Positions 14,237 to 25,777 of a stretch of DNA of 64,000 nucleotides are shown one piece after another. This stretch comes from Eledone cirrhosa (lineage: Eukaryota), in contig OZ024743.1 of the NCBI GenBank assembly GCA_964016885.1, positions 286,812,001-286,876,000 on the forward strand, read 5' to 3'. The translations under genes were made by a program, and so were the position numbers. The number at the start of each line of letters is the position of its first letter. Positions within the stretch are counted from its first letter, which is position 1. The notes below the pieces were generated by a model that saw only the letters and a list, made by a program, of their open reading frames with translations, had not been told where the DNA came from and did not search any database.

Positions 14237-14316
14237 CTCAGCATCTTATTTTATTATTTATATATATATATATATAAATAATAAAATAAGATGCTGAGGT
14301 TACATATATCATTTAA

Positions 14317-14404
14317 TCATAATAATTATTTCTACGATTCTCCATGCAATCGAGATGTCCTTCATGCATTTGCTGTTGATTATGAGAACGGTTTCCTCAG
14401 ATGA
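14317..14404 (-). ncRNA. Type-I hammerhead ribozyme motif (family A)
   Basis: Minus strand: stem I TCAT/ATGA; core CTGAGGA; long stem II (gttctc...gagaat); GAAA; palindromic stem III ATAATTAT; cleavage triplet AUU. Confidence 0.65.
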
Positions 14405-15521
14405 AGATCGATATATTTGATATGCCGCTAGCAGGAAAACACATCCTAATGCCCGTGCGCGCAGCATACATATGAGTTCCTTGAAGGGTTTGCAAGTCGT
14501 CGCGTTTGGTATAAAAAGCTATCACCGAAAAAAGACGAAAAGAACGAAGAACCGTGTGTAACCAAAACCCAGTAGACAGTTGAAGGAATACAAGGTGCTC
14601 TGAGGGGGTGGGGTATACATTTAGTTGACGACCACCTATAGACTACAACAACTAAAACAACAACAATGACAATAACATCAAACCGCCGACCAAAGTTATC
14701 CACACTGGTCGCAATAGTCGTGTTGATACCATCACTCTATTGACAACAACAACTAAAACAACAGCTACAGTAAAAACACTTACAACGACAACAAACGACA
14801 ACAACAGCAAAAACACAAACCAGTGTCGTGTATACAGGTCGTAGTCGTCGCAGTTACGGTACCACCCTGTTGACCGTAAACAGCGATAACGCCAAAGCAA
14901 TAAAAAGGAGTTTAGAGGTAGGTGGGTACACAGAGTTGGTGGTATCAGTCACCATGACCATAAACAGTAACAACAACAATGACAGCGACAACAAACACCA
15001 ACACCGCCCATCCCGTTCGTCGCAGTAGTGGTGGTATCAACTATGTCAGTATTAAGCCATTTGTAACACCAATAACTGTTTCTACTTTAGGCACAAGGCC
15101 AGCAAATACTCAGTACATTACTGGTACTTTATTTTATCGACCCCGTAAGGATGAAAGGCAAAGTTAACCTCGGCGGGATTTGAACTCAGACTGTAAAGGG
15201 ACGTAACTATGCTAGAAAGCATGGCGTCCAACCCTTTACCGATACTGCCAATTCACATGACCCCACCACGGCGACGGCGGCAACAGGAAAAATGTCACGC
15301 TTCCATGAAAATTAAACTAACCACAATAGTAGTCCGAAGGAGGTGAAAATGGGATAGAAAACATAGATGGGTATTTATATATATAAAAAAAACAATATAT
15401 ATATATATATAGTAATAATAATAAATTTGAAGACTAAAATCCAAAGAGGGCTCGATAAGAATAAATATATATCAAATATATAAGAACCGTAGAGCAAATA
15501 TTTATTAAAATAATAGATTAA

Positions 15522-15572
15522 AGTTTAAGCAAAGAATCGCTGCTTTCACCCTTAACGGGATCTTCTGAAACT
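15522..15572 (-). ncRNA. Hammerhead-like motif with CAGAAGA core (family B)
   Basis: Inverted copy of 15817-15867. Confidence 0.55.
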
Positions 15573-15816
15573 AACAAAGTAAATCTGTAAACGCAGAACT
15601 GGATATTTCAAAAAACGTTGCAACCGGAGGAATACAGGAAGACGATACTTTTTGCGCGTAATTGTTTTTCACCGCTCCTATTAATGACGTATTATTCGTT
15701 TTTTCCCGTTCTTTGCCAGCGAACGTTTCCACGAACCAAAGTATCGTCTTCCTGTCTTCCTCCGGTTGCAACGTTTTTTGAAATATCCAGTTCTGCGTTT
15801 ACAGATTGACTTTGTT

Positions 15817-15867
15817 AGTTTCAGAAGATCCCGTTAAGGGTGAAAGCAGCGATTCTTTGCTTAAACT
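15817..15867 (+). ncRNA. Hammerhead-like motif with CAGAAGA core (family B)
   Basis: AGTTT-CAGAAGA-t.ccc.gttaa.ggg.t-GAA-AGCA.gcgattctt.TGCT-T-AAACT. All three stems pair; U4 is replaced by A. Confidence 0.55.
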
Positions 15868-15878
15868 TTAATCTGTTA

Positions 15879-15956
<78 letters not shown>

Positions 15957-16260
15957 CACGTGACAGCCATAATTTCATTTATAACCAACCAAAAAAAAGC
16001 CTTCGTGAGCCTCCTTTTTTCAAGTAAAAAGAAATTCAAACACTCATATATGAAAAAACAACCTGTGACAACCCCCCCCCCTCTTATTTGAAGAACTATT
16101 GTAACGCGAACTGGCGCGAAATTTATTATAATTATTGACCAACCAATCAAATTACTTCTCGAAAAACCTGGCATTTCGAGCCACTTTTTCCATATAAAAC
16201 AAGTAACATTCAGAGACCAACCAGATGTGAGAAAAACCACAGACCCTCCATCTCAACTCA

Positions 16261-16298
16261 CCTTTTGAAAAGCAGAAGAACTGCGAAACCGGTAAAGG
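16261..16298 (+). ncRNA. Minimal hammerhead with U3-A8 core (family C)
   Basis: CCTT-TTGAAAA-GCAG.aagaa.CTGC-GAA-ACCGGT-A-AAGG. Confidence 0.7.
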
Positions 16299-16520
16299 AA
16301 CCAAATAAATATATATATTTAAAAAAAAAAATAAGACTCCAGTTGCATTTTCGATTTCATCTCTTTTTCTTTATATATATATAAAGTCCAGAATTAGCCG
16401 TCGAAACGGCTTGAGCTCAGCTGTCGGGGTCTTACTGGTTTCTATTACCCACTCTACTACCTCAAGTATTGAGTACTTTGGTGCGTTATGGTCCACCTGG
16501 TTCCTTACCACATTTCCTTC

Positions 16521-16567
<47 letters not shown>

Positions 16568-16571
<4 letters not shown>

Positions 16572-16953
16572 AAAGAGTGAAGAATAACATGGTCAACAGT
16601 ACAAAAAAGGCTGAACACTTGGAGCTGTGCCACTCAATTTTAAATACGTTGTTAACTTAACCAGATCATCGGAGAAACTTAAAATTATGTTCAGTATTTA
16701 CGGATTCAAATTACATCATCAATAATATTAATAATATTAATATTAATATTAATAATTTGTATTCGTAAATACTGAACATAATTTTAACAGTTTCTCCGAT
16801 GATCTGGTTAAGCTAACAACGTATTTAAAATTGAGTGACACAGCTCTAAGTGTTCAGCAATTTTTAGACAACTTAATCAGTGAAACAATTGTTAGACTGT
16901 AAATAAAACCCTTTTTGTACTGTTGACCATGTTATTTTTCACTCTTTCAATAT
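16568..16953. repeat. Fold-back cassette with an internally deleted left arm, PLE pseudo-LTR-like
   Basis: 16568-16713 is inverted relative to ~16755-16953, minus a ~50-bp segment. Bounded by (TA)n at 16523-16568 and 17119-17203. Confidence 0.8.
16787..16900 (+). ncRNA. Hammerhead-like motif with CCGAUGA core and long stem II (family D)
   Basis: acagt(tt)ct-CCGATGA-t.ctggttaag...cttaatcag.t-GAA-ACAATTGT-T-agactgt. Stem I needs a 2-nt bulge. Confidence 0.5.
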
Positions 16954-17235
16954 TATTACTCCAAGATAAACTTACATAGGAATACAAGAGAACTCATAAA
17001 CTCGCCACCTACGTAAACCCCGTGTTGAGTCAAACAACGCCGTACGCTAAAACTATCCATAATACAAAGTATTCACAACCTCTAACTGGATTACCTATAA
17101 CGATATTTTGTTATCCCTTATATATATATATATGTATGTATATATATATATGAATGTATATATATAAATATATGTATGTATATATATATATATATATATA
17201 ATATAAGATCAAAAGATGGTTAAAGGAGTTCCATG

Positions 17236-17306
17236 TATTTTATTATGCACATTTCAAAAACAAACATCATCATGCAATAATATTTGTGTTTTCATCAGAT
17301 AAAACA
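17236..17306 (-). ncRNA. Canonical-core type-I hammerhead at the Naiad 3' end (family E)
   Basis: tgttttat-CTGATGA-stem II (acaaata/tgtttgt)-GAA-ATGTGCAT-A-ataaaata. 8-bp stem I, AUA triplet. Confidence 0.8.
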
Positions 17307-18357
17307 GGAGAACATGATATGAAGGCTAAAAAACACTTGTGGATAGTGCAGTTTTAAATCTACATATGAAAAGTGGTTTTAGATTGATGTGTGATATTGG
17401 GAAAAATATTTTATTTAGAGAGAGGGGGGGGGGGAGGATGAAAAAGGGGGAGGAGATGCGAGGGAGAGATGGGTGATAGAGAGAAAGAGATAGCTTTTAT
17501 AACTGAGAGGAGATATACTGTCCCACACAGAGAGGTTGAAAACCGTTGGAAGATAATGTATAAACCCCAAACAATTTTTGAAAATCAACGAAAGGAGGAT
17601 ATGTGCGAGGAAAAAGTATTTTATTTAAGGAGGGGGGCTGGAAAGGATGAAAAAAAGGGGGAGGAGATGAGAGTGAAGGTGGAGAGGGAGAGATGGGTGA
17701 TAGAGAGAAAGAGATAGTTTTTATAACTGAGAAAAAGATATATTGTTTTACATAGAGAGGTTGAGAACCGTTGGAAGATAATGTATAAATTAAAGGAATT
17801 TGAAAATTAACGAAGGGAATTTATGTATGAAGATAGAGAGAAAAAAAAATAATTGTGGATGAATATTCTAACGTCAAAAAAAGTGTATGTTGATAAGTAT
17901 TGTGGCAATTTCAAAATTAACGAAGAGAAAAATTATTAAGGTTTGTGTGTAGAAGGATTTGAGAAAAATAATGTGAAGTTAAAGTTTGTATATTGGAGGA
18001 ATTGATAATATATGCGAATAGAGTTAATATGTATTAAGAATGAGTTCGTTGATGGGGAAAAAAAAAAAAAAAATTAAGGATGAAATTGAGATTAAAAAGA
18101 TTTATGAGAGAGAGAAAAAAATAATGATTGCGGATAAATATTCTAACGTCAAAAAACAAAAAAACAAAACAAAAAAAAAAACATGTATATGTTATGAATG
18201 ATTTTACAAGGTGAAGATAGAGTGAGGGTAATGAGTAAACAAGTATTATAGAGTGTATAAAGCCCTTTAAAGTATGGTAGGAAGATGGGTATATTTTAAA
18301 GAGGTGTATGTATATGTGCCTTTGAGAAAAGATTCTAAATTGATAAAGAATTGAATA

Positions 18358-19893
18358 TTAACTGTATACTTTGTGAAAAGTTCTATGGAATTTATGCAGG
18401 CAGATAGAAAACAAATCTGTGCGTCTATTTATTATAGAATCTAGGTTAGAGATAATGGTAAATTTTTCATTTAGGCAGAGATTACAGATTTTAGATAGAG
18501 AGCTGTTCAAGTATGAGGATGCAGAAGAAATCTTCTTCCAAAAGATGGTATATTTAATGTTTTTGTCTTTTAAGGACCATATGAGTTCTGAGAGAGCAGT
18601 GTTAGTTCTTTTAAGTTTGTATTTGAAAGATGAATGATGATTATAGAGACGAGCTTTAAAAGAGGTGGAAGTGGAGCCAAAATAGGTGAAGGAATTGGTG
18701 CTAGTTATAATTTTACATTCATAAATTAAGTTTTTATCGAGACAATCGTTGTTGAGAGGACATTTATTTTTAATGCGGCAGTTGCAATTAGAGAGATTAT
18801 TAATGAGTGATCTAGTGTTATCTATAGAAGGAATTGGATTGGAGAAGTTGTTTGCGATAGGAATAATAGGAATAATAGTTTCTTGATTTAGAGTTGGATT
18901 ATGAACATTTAGCGAAGTTGTGTTTGACGTTGTATTTGGGTTTACAGAAGTTAGCCTAGGGTTTACAATGACGTCGGAAGTACTATTACTGTTATTATGA
19001 AATTCAATATTGGAAGGAAGAGATTTAGTATTTAGTATTTTATTGTTGTGTTTAGAGATGATGTTGGAAATATTGGAGGATGTAGAATACGAAAATTTGA
19101 TGGTGTGTTTGTTAAATATTTTACTATAGATATGTGAGGGAGGGAAGCATTTATTTAAGGCACTAAAAAATAATTTAGGAATATTGTTATTAATAGAGAT
19201 GGAGAAAGGAGCATTATACCAGATTATGTTTTTGTATCTAGGTCTTTTATTAAAATTATTGGAATGGTCATGATTAATTATTCTACTGTAAGTTTTTCTA
19301 GAATTTGTTTCTTTACTATATTTGATTTTATCTGGATAGCCGGCTTTAGAAAGTGCGTTATTATAGTAATTGGCGTTAGCATCAAAGATGTTTTTATTAG
19401 AAGATATGTTAGATATTCTATTTCCAATATTATTAACTATAGCATTCTTGATATTGGTAGGATGGTTAGATTTAAAGTTAACATAATTAAGGTTCTCATT
19501 GTTTTTATGGTAAGGGTAATATAGGCCAGTGTCAAGATTAAGAGATACATCCAAGAAATTAGCTAGTTTGATACTATTATCAAATTCAATTTTTAGGTTA
19601 TGTTGGTTAAAGAGATTACGTATATTGTTCTTAATAATATTAAGGTTAACTATATTGCAATTTAGGATAGTAAAGAGTCCATCGTCACGATAAATTCCAC
19701 CGCGAAGTTGAGGAATTTTCCGACTCAAAGAGTTCAAAATGAAGATACCAATTAAATCAGTCAATTGGGATGAATCGGATGCTCCCATTGTGATGTCGAA
19801 GTTGTTAGAGGTATCGGCTCTGGTCCAATATTCGTTGTTGAACTCTAGGATGGTTTTACGTGCGGTGAGGATGATGTGACATTTAAACAGCAT
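18358..19893 (-). CDS. PLE reverse transcriptase (C-terminal part) + GIY-YIG endonuclease, Naiad-type; partial
   Basis: FDITMGASDS, GIYRDDGL, NFLDVSLNL, SNHP, NCNCRIKNKCPLNNDCL, LIY...TYFGST...FKARLYNH, CNLCLNEK. Confidence 0.85.
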   Translation of the reverse strand: MLFKCHIILTARKTILEFNNEYWTRADTSNNFDITMGASDSSQLTDLIGIFILNSLSRKIPQLRGGIYRDDGLFTILNCNIVNLNIIKNNIRNLFNQHNLKIEFDNSIKLANFLDVSLNLDTGLYYPYHKNNENLNYVNFKSNHPTNIKNAIVNNIGNRISNISSNKNIFDANANYYNNALSKAGYPDKIKYSKETNSRKTYSRIINHDHSNNFNKRPRYKNIIWYNAPFSISINNNIPKLFFSALNKCFPPSHIYSKIFNKHTIKFSYSTSSNISNIISKHNNKILNTKSLPSNIEFHNNSNSTSDVIVNPRLTSVNPNTTSNTTSLNVHNPTLNQETIIPIIPIANNFSNPIPSIDNTRSLINNLSNCNCRIKNKCPLNNDCLDKNLIYECKIITSTNSFTYFGSTSTSFKARLYNHHSSFKYKLKRTNTALSELIWSLKDKNIKYTIFWKKISSASSYLNSSLSKICNLCLNEKFTIISNLDSIINRRTDLFSICLHKFHRTFHKVYS

Positions 19894-22800
19894 GTCTGAG
19901 TTATTAAATAAACATTTTTAGCACAGATTCAGTACTGAAGACAAACCACAGAAAAATGGTAGTATTTTTCTACAATAAATCATCCATATATCACTTAAAA
20001 TTCTCAAGTATAGGATCATCCGAATGCTAGAAAAAAGATTACTAAATGTTTTATTATCAGTTTAGGAAGATACTGTCACTACATCATTATTCAAGTAACT
20101 ATGGTCAGAGTTCAAAAGAGATGTGTAACTGAAAATAAAAAAAAATATACCACTGAAGTTAAAAAATATCTGCCATTTGAAATCAATGATTACTACTGGA
20201 ATCAACATCAGTTAGTTGTTTATCTAGAAGTTTATATTCACTTTTCTTATTAGCGTATCTTGAAATTTATTCAATTTCCTTATATCTTTTAAAGTTTTAT
20301 TTCAATATATGTGTGTTTTGTCAAAGTGTAATGTAAGTATTAAATAAAAAGGTTAATGTCTTATCTCTGCTAGTGATTAAAGTAAGGTTTCTCTATACTT
20401 AGACGAATTACCATTCATTCTTTATTAGATATGTATAGAGTATTCTTGTGTATCTTTGAAAGTAAATCTATCTGATTTAGTTAATAAAAGTCATGTCAAT
20501 GATACACAACGCCTATGAAACTTGGGCCTTGAGCACAGAGGATTTGTGAAGATTGGAAAGAAATGATGTGAGTACACTCTGAGGGATGTGTAATAGTAGT
20601 TAATGTTCTGACAGAGAAACTGAGTGTAAAAGGGATCAGATGCAGAGTACAAAAGAGAAGGCTGCAGTGGTATATGAAGGGTGATAACTACATAAAGAAG
20701 TGCAGGGTACTCAGAGTTGAGAGAACCCATGGAAGAGAAAAACATAAGATGATATAGTAAAGGCTGACTTCACAAAGTTAGACCTCAAAGAAGAGACGAC
20801 ACTGGATTGACTTGACTGATTTGCCATACTACAAATGAGCTGCCTTCCCTTACAAGCTGGATAAGACATACATGGGGAAGATCATGGTATATGGTCATAT
20901 AAGTAACCACTCTCCCTACCAATATATTCCCCTCTCCTTTTTATTCCCCTTCTGCAAATGCCTCTCACTTCTACATCCTTGCTCTCTAAAGACGATGCTG
21001 CCCACATATAAAAAAAAGAGTATCTTGGCCCTGTATGAACCTACTAATCTTATGGATCCACTTCTCCCCTTTTTCCTCCACTTCCCACTCTCTCATACCC
21101 CACAAAAAGCTGCTAATAACCCTGTATCTTGAAGGCCCACTCCACAACCTGGCAGCTTCTCTCACTTACACTCTCTTCATTCTAATTTCTACTCAGAAAA
21201 GTGGCTCTCTTAGCAACAATTAGCTGATACTTTGGTCATGCTCTCGTCTCTCACCCCTTCTCACTCACTCTCACTATTTTCTCTCTTCTTGCCGAGTTGA
21301 GGACTGCTACTTCTGCCATTCACTTATTCCCCCTTCTTCTCCACCTCCTATTACTTACTCCCTCTGACCAGTTGAGGACACAACAATTGCCCTAGTGCTA
21401 ATGCTACACAGGAATGCACCTACTGCACTCTGCAAGTGGTGGCATTACTGCCATGATAAAATGCACCCAGCTCACTCTATAAAGAGGCAGTGCAAATGTC
21501 ATGATAAAATGTACCCAGTACATATTGTAAAGTGGTTGCTGTTAGGAAGGACATCCAGTTAGAGAAACCATGTCAAACTGGAATGTATGAGCATGGTGCT
21601 GTCAACTGCATGACAACCTGTTCAAACCAGGCAAATGAGGAAAATGGATGTAAAATGTGATGGTAATGATGATGATGATGATGACGATGGTATGATGAGG
21701 ATGATGATGATGAACATAAACTTGAAAGAGAAAGCGTAAATGTTTACAAACCCTCAAGAGATCCCTAAGTATCAATGCTTAGCATATTTATTCCTGTTTC
21801 ATTATTTGAAGTTGATGAGGTATAAATCTGTCCTGGGATGAAATATTAGATCATCTAGAAATATTATCACACATAAAATTCCTAGAACATCTGACCTTTA
21901 TTCCTCATAACTAAGCAAACTGAAGCAAGCTAGAATAAGATATTCCACCTAGTAATGTAATAAAATATCAACAATAGATTTGAGTTCATGATTCTAATAA
22001 TATATTATTTTATCCATTTGACTATTTTGTATCTACATAATACTAATGCTCTTCTCTTCTTCAGTCATCTGTCCATCGAAGGTGAAGCAGATGCTTGTAC
22101 CATGATAAAATGTGGCCAGTACACCCTGTAAAGTACTAGTGATAGGAAGGGTGTCAAGCTGTACAAACTATGCCAAAAAGGGTTAAAAATACTTCAGTTA
22201 TGTCAGGGGCACAACAACCTCTCTAGTGTTGGTGACAATAAAACACCGAGTACACTAGTACTCCCTGTAAAGTGGTTGGTCATAAAAAGGGTATACAGCC
22301 ATAGAAAGCTTACCAAACAAAGAGCAGAGAGGACTCTTCATTTGTGTCAATGATAGGACAACCTCAGTAGAGTACAGGGATGTCTGTGTGGGATGTAGGC
22401 CTCTGGCCCATCTGAAAGGTCAGAAGCTCTGCTTGAGCACTGACATGGTGTGTGAAGACCTCTCCAGCCCTTGCTAACAAGATAGATGGACATTAAATGA
22501 TGATGATGATGATGATAATGATACTTTTCTGAATTAGTTCATTGCATATTGTTTCCATCTATGCTCACCCTACATACTCTATTCTTATCTCATCACACAT
22601 ACTGTTTTACTATCCATTTTTAGCACTAACCTCTATTCCCAGTCCTTCCTTCATCAACTTACTGAAATTTTCTTCCCACCCATGTTTTCCCAGCAGAAAG
22701 CAGCTGAGACCAAACTGTATCAGTTTAACCAGTCTAGGAGAGCCTGTAAATGTCACGAGCACTGCTCATTTCTTATTACTAAACCATAAAAAAATGCATG

Positions 22801-24040
22801 TTTCAATTCTCATTCTATCTGAGTTGAAAGTTTTAGGCTTCATGTCTATCTAGAGAAGGCATTGGGGAACCATTCTAGTATACACTGTTACCATTCTTGG
22901 TGCAGCAAGAGAGTTTCATGGCAGGATATGGAAATGAATATGTTATTTAAAAAGGAAGACACTAATGACCTGAACAGCATATTTTATTCTACATACCTCA
23001 TTCTACCCATCAATGGGGTACCATATCATCTTGAGATGTTAATTTTGATAAACTGACATCATATTCAAGAAAATAATTCTGTATCTTCTGAACACTGCTG
23101 AATTTTAAACTGAGCTTTAGCTATATAATCCTTTTTTTTTTCTTAATCCTATAGTATGACTAATGTTAATCCCACTACTAGTGAGTTCTGTAAAACATCA
23201 AAAACTTTTTCTTTTTTGTTGTCTCAAGTTCATCTTCCTATGTTTTTGTTTTTTATATTAACACAACTAGAATAGTTTTTATTCTTACAACTGGGATGCC
23301 TTTCTTACCACTGAATAATAGTGTGTGAAACTTTTTTATTCAACAAATTTCAAATAGATTATATAATGTTTGTATATTAAACTAAGAAAAAAAAAGAAAG
23401 CAAAAAAATTTCAATAGTGAGAGTAAAGGAAAGAGGGGGAAGAAGTGACAGACTCTCCATCCCAGAGTAGGCGTTTCATCTCTGAACTCTAAAGTAGGTG
23501 TGGGACATGAATTTTCTACTCAGGCTAACTAGAGGTATCAAAGTTTTGTGCAATTAAAGAGTTGAGCAGATATAATAATAAGCTAACAAAAATGATAGGA
23601 ATTGCTGGGTGTTTCATTTAAAAACACCTATAAAATTCCTCATTTGAACACAAGGCAAGCAATTTATAGGAAGAGGAAAGTCGATTATATCAACCCCAGT
23701 ACTTAACTGATACTTAGTTTTATTGACATCGGAAGGATAAATGGATTTAACAACAGAACATAGACAGTCATAACTAAATAGCTCAGGCATTTGGATTGAT
23801 ATCATTATAAGACAGGTGATATACAAAGAAATAAATACATTGTAAAAACACTTATAAAAAATACTTTGTAAAAACATTTAACAGGTGATGGGTGAATGTA
23901 CATCTCATATCTACTGGACAAATCTAACTCTTGGGAAAAATTTTGACTGAAAAAATGTGAAAACTGGCTGAAAGTTATAGATTATTTCAAAAATATGTCT
24001 TTGTTGACATTGGTTTATATTGTAGTGACCTATATTCCGA

Positions 24041-24264
24041 GGGCTGATGGATACATTCTCCATACATTGTTTGGCTCAGTTCAGCCAATCGCTACCAGTG
24101 TAGGAGAATGTATCTTGACTTCACCCAGAGGGAAAAATTCCCGCGGCGATTCAAAAATCGCTCTCTTGCTGCTTTGGATTCTGAAAGGTCAACACGCAAT
24201 TATGTAACGGTGAGATTTTCACTTTGGCCTGTCGGCCTCCTTTGGCCCGGCACAGCGCCTTTTT
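24041..24264 (+). ncRNA. Candidate structured ncRNA of unknown family (copy 1)
   Basis: TTTATAT ~27 nt upstream of GGGC; stem GATACATTCTCC/GGAGAATGTATC; several short hairpins; GC-rich terminal hairpin followed by T5. Confidence 0.4.
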
Positions 24265-24463
24265 CTTTACTTCTTAAAACTCTTAATTTTGTTTGTTCTT
24301 TTCTTTGAAATTTCTTTGGGATAAGAATGTTATCGCTCTTACTAGGAAGCTAGTAGAGTTGTTATTGTTGTTGCTGCTATCGAAGCGAAGTCACAGTAAA
24401 TCTTCAGTAGAATCGAAGTTGAGCGTCGAAGAGCTTAGAGTCACCAATATGCAAGTCACATCT

Positions 24464-24523
24464 GACGCCATAGTGTGGTGAGAAAGGCTGTGAGTTTGAA
24501 TCACGCCGGGGTCACCATTTTTT
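24464..24523 (+). pseudogene. tRNA-like remnant ending CCA-T6
   Basis: GACGCCA-TAGTGTGG (A-box-like) ... GAGTTTGAATC (B-box-like)-CGGGGTC-A-CCA-TTTTTT. No anticodon arm. Confidence 0.35.
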
Positions 24524-24819
24524 AGCAGAAAAATAATATTATGCCTACATGACATAATATTAATAAGAAATAATATATGTTATTGTTGTTATTTGTTATA
24601 GTGAGAAAAGTAAGGTTTGTTAAGTGAGAGAGAGGCAAAGTTAGTCATACAGTGAATGTTTGTTGAAGTAGTTGTAGTTCATTGTAGGCTTTGTAGAAAA
24701 TAATATTATGAGACTTTATAATATTTTACAAGCTTTATTTACAACCGACCACAAAAGTTAAGCTGGGTTGACAAGTCAAAGAAGAGAACAAACAAAATAA
24801 AGAGTTTTAAGAAGTAAAG

Positions 24820-25044
24820 AAAAAAGCGCTGTGCCGGGCCAAAGGAGGCCGACAGGCCAAAGTGAGAATCTCACCGTTACATAATTGCGTGTTGACCTTT
24901 CAGTGTCCAAAGCAGCAAGAGAGCGATTTTTGAATCGCCGTGGGAATTTTTCCCTCTGGGCAGAAGTCAAGATACATTCTCCTACGCTGATAGCGATTGG
25001 CTGAACTGAGCCAAACAACGTACGGAGAATGAATCCATGAGCCC
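24820..25044 (-). ncRNA. Candidate structured ncRNA of unknown family (copy 2)
   Basis: Paralogue of 24041-24264 with a compensatory A-U to G-C change; ends in T6. Confidence 0.4.
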
Positions 25045-25461
25045 TCGGAATGTAGGTCACTACAATATAATAAACCAATGGCAACATAGATACAGTAAAC
25101 AATTTATCTTCGAATAGTAATAACTATATTACCTCGTACTTTCAATTCATGCTACAACAATTCCCAAGTGGGAAATAACCACCAAGTATCACATTAATGA
25201 AAAAATGCCAGTGAACCGGAAAGACATAACAAGAAGTGGGATTTATAGTTATTTAATTCATAATACATTTGTGTTTACTTAAACTTATTGATAGTGAGCA
25301 GGCCCATGCAAAACTGGTAATAAGCTCAAACGAGATGTAAAATGTAGGTCCCAAAGTTGGTAATAAGCCTGGGTGGGATGTAAAATATAGATTCCATTTA
25401 TAACTGCACATAAATTATTTAAATTACTAGTGTTAAATATACATGCTTATGTATGGGTTAT

Positions 25462-25499
<38 letters not shown>

Positions 25500-25584
25500 A
25501 TAACCCACATATATATATATATATAAGGAAAAAAGATGAAATCGAAAATGCAACTGGAGTCTTTTTAAGAATATTTATTTGGTT

Positions 25585-25621
25585 CCTTTACCGGTTTCGC
25601 AGTTCTTGTGCTTTTCAAAAG
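25585..25621 (-). ncRNA. Family C minimal hammerhead, diverged copy
   Basis: Cassette 25525-25660 is the reverse-complement homologue of 16222-16370 and lies between (TA)n tracts. One stem II mismatch. Confidence 0.6.
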
Positions 25622-25683
25622 TAGAATTGAAATGGAGGGTTTGTGGTTTTTCTCGCATCTATATATATATATATATATATAAT

Positions 25684-25777
<94 letters not shown>

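Larger units (their letters stand above)
15505..15885. repeat. Fold-back cassette (~145-bp arms) carrying two inverted hammerhead motifs, PLE pseudo-LTR-like
   Basis: 15505-15652 is the reverse complement of ~15738-15885 with few mismatches. (TA)n at ~15400 and 15884-15952. Confidence 0.85.
17204..19900 (-). mobile_element. 5'-truncated Naiad-type Penelope-like element with long 3'UTR ending at (TA)n
   Basis: RT-GIY-YIG ORF, ~1.1-kb 3'UTR and a same-strand hammerhead ~30 nt before the (TA)n tract. Confidence 0.85.
24002..25086. repeat. Diverged inverted repeat (~300-bp arms 24002-24308 and 24776-25086, ~470-bp spacer)
   Basis: The arms align as reverse complements with scattered substitutions and small indels. 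Confidence 0.9.

Noticed and set aside
24225-24264. HDV-like ribozyme in the terminal hairpin (gcc.tccttt.ggc)
   Set aside because: No P1.1 GG, J4/2 or P2 partner downstream.
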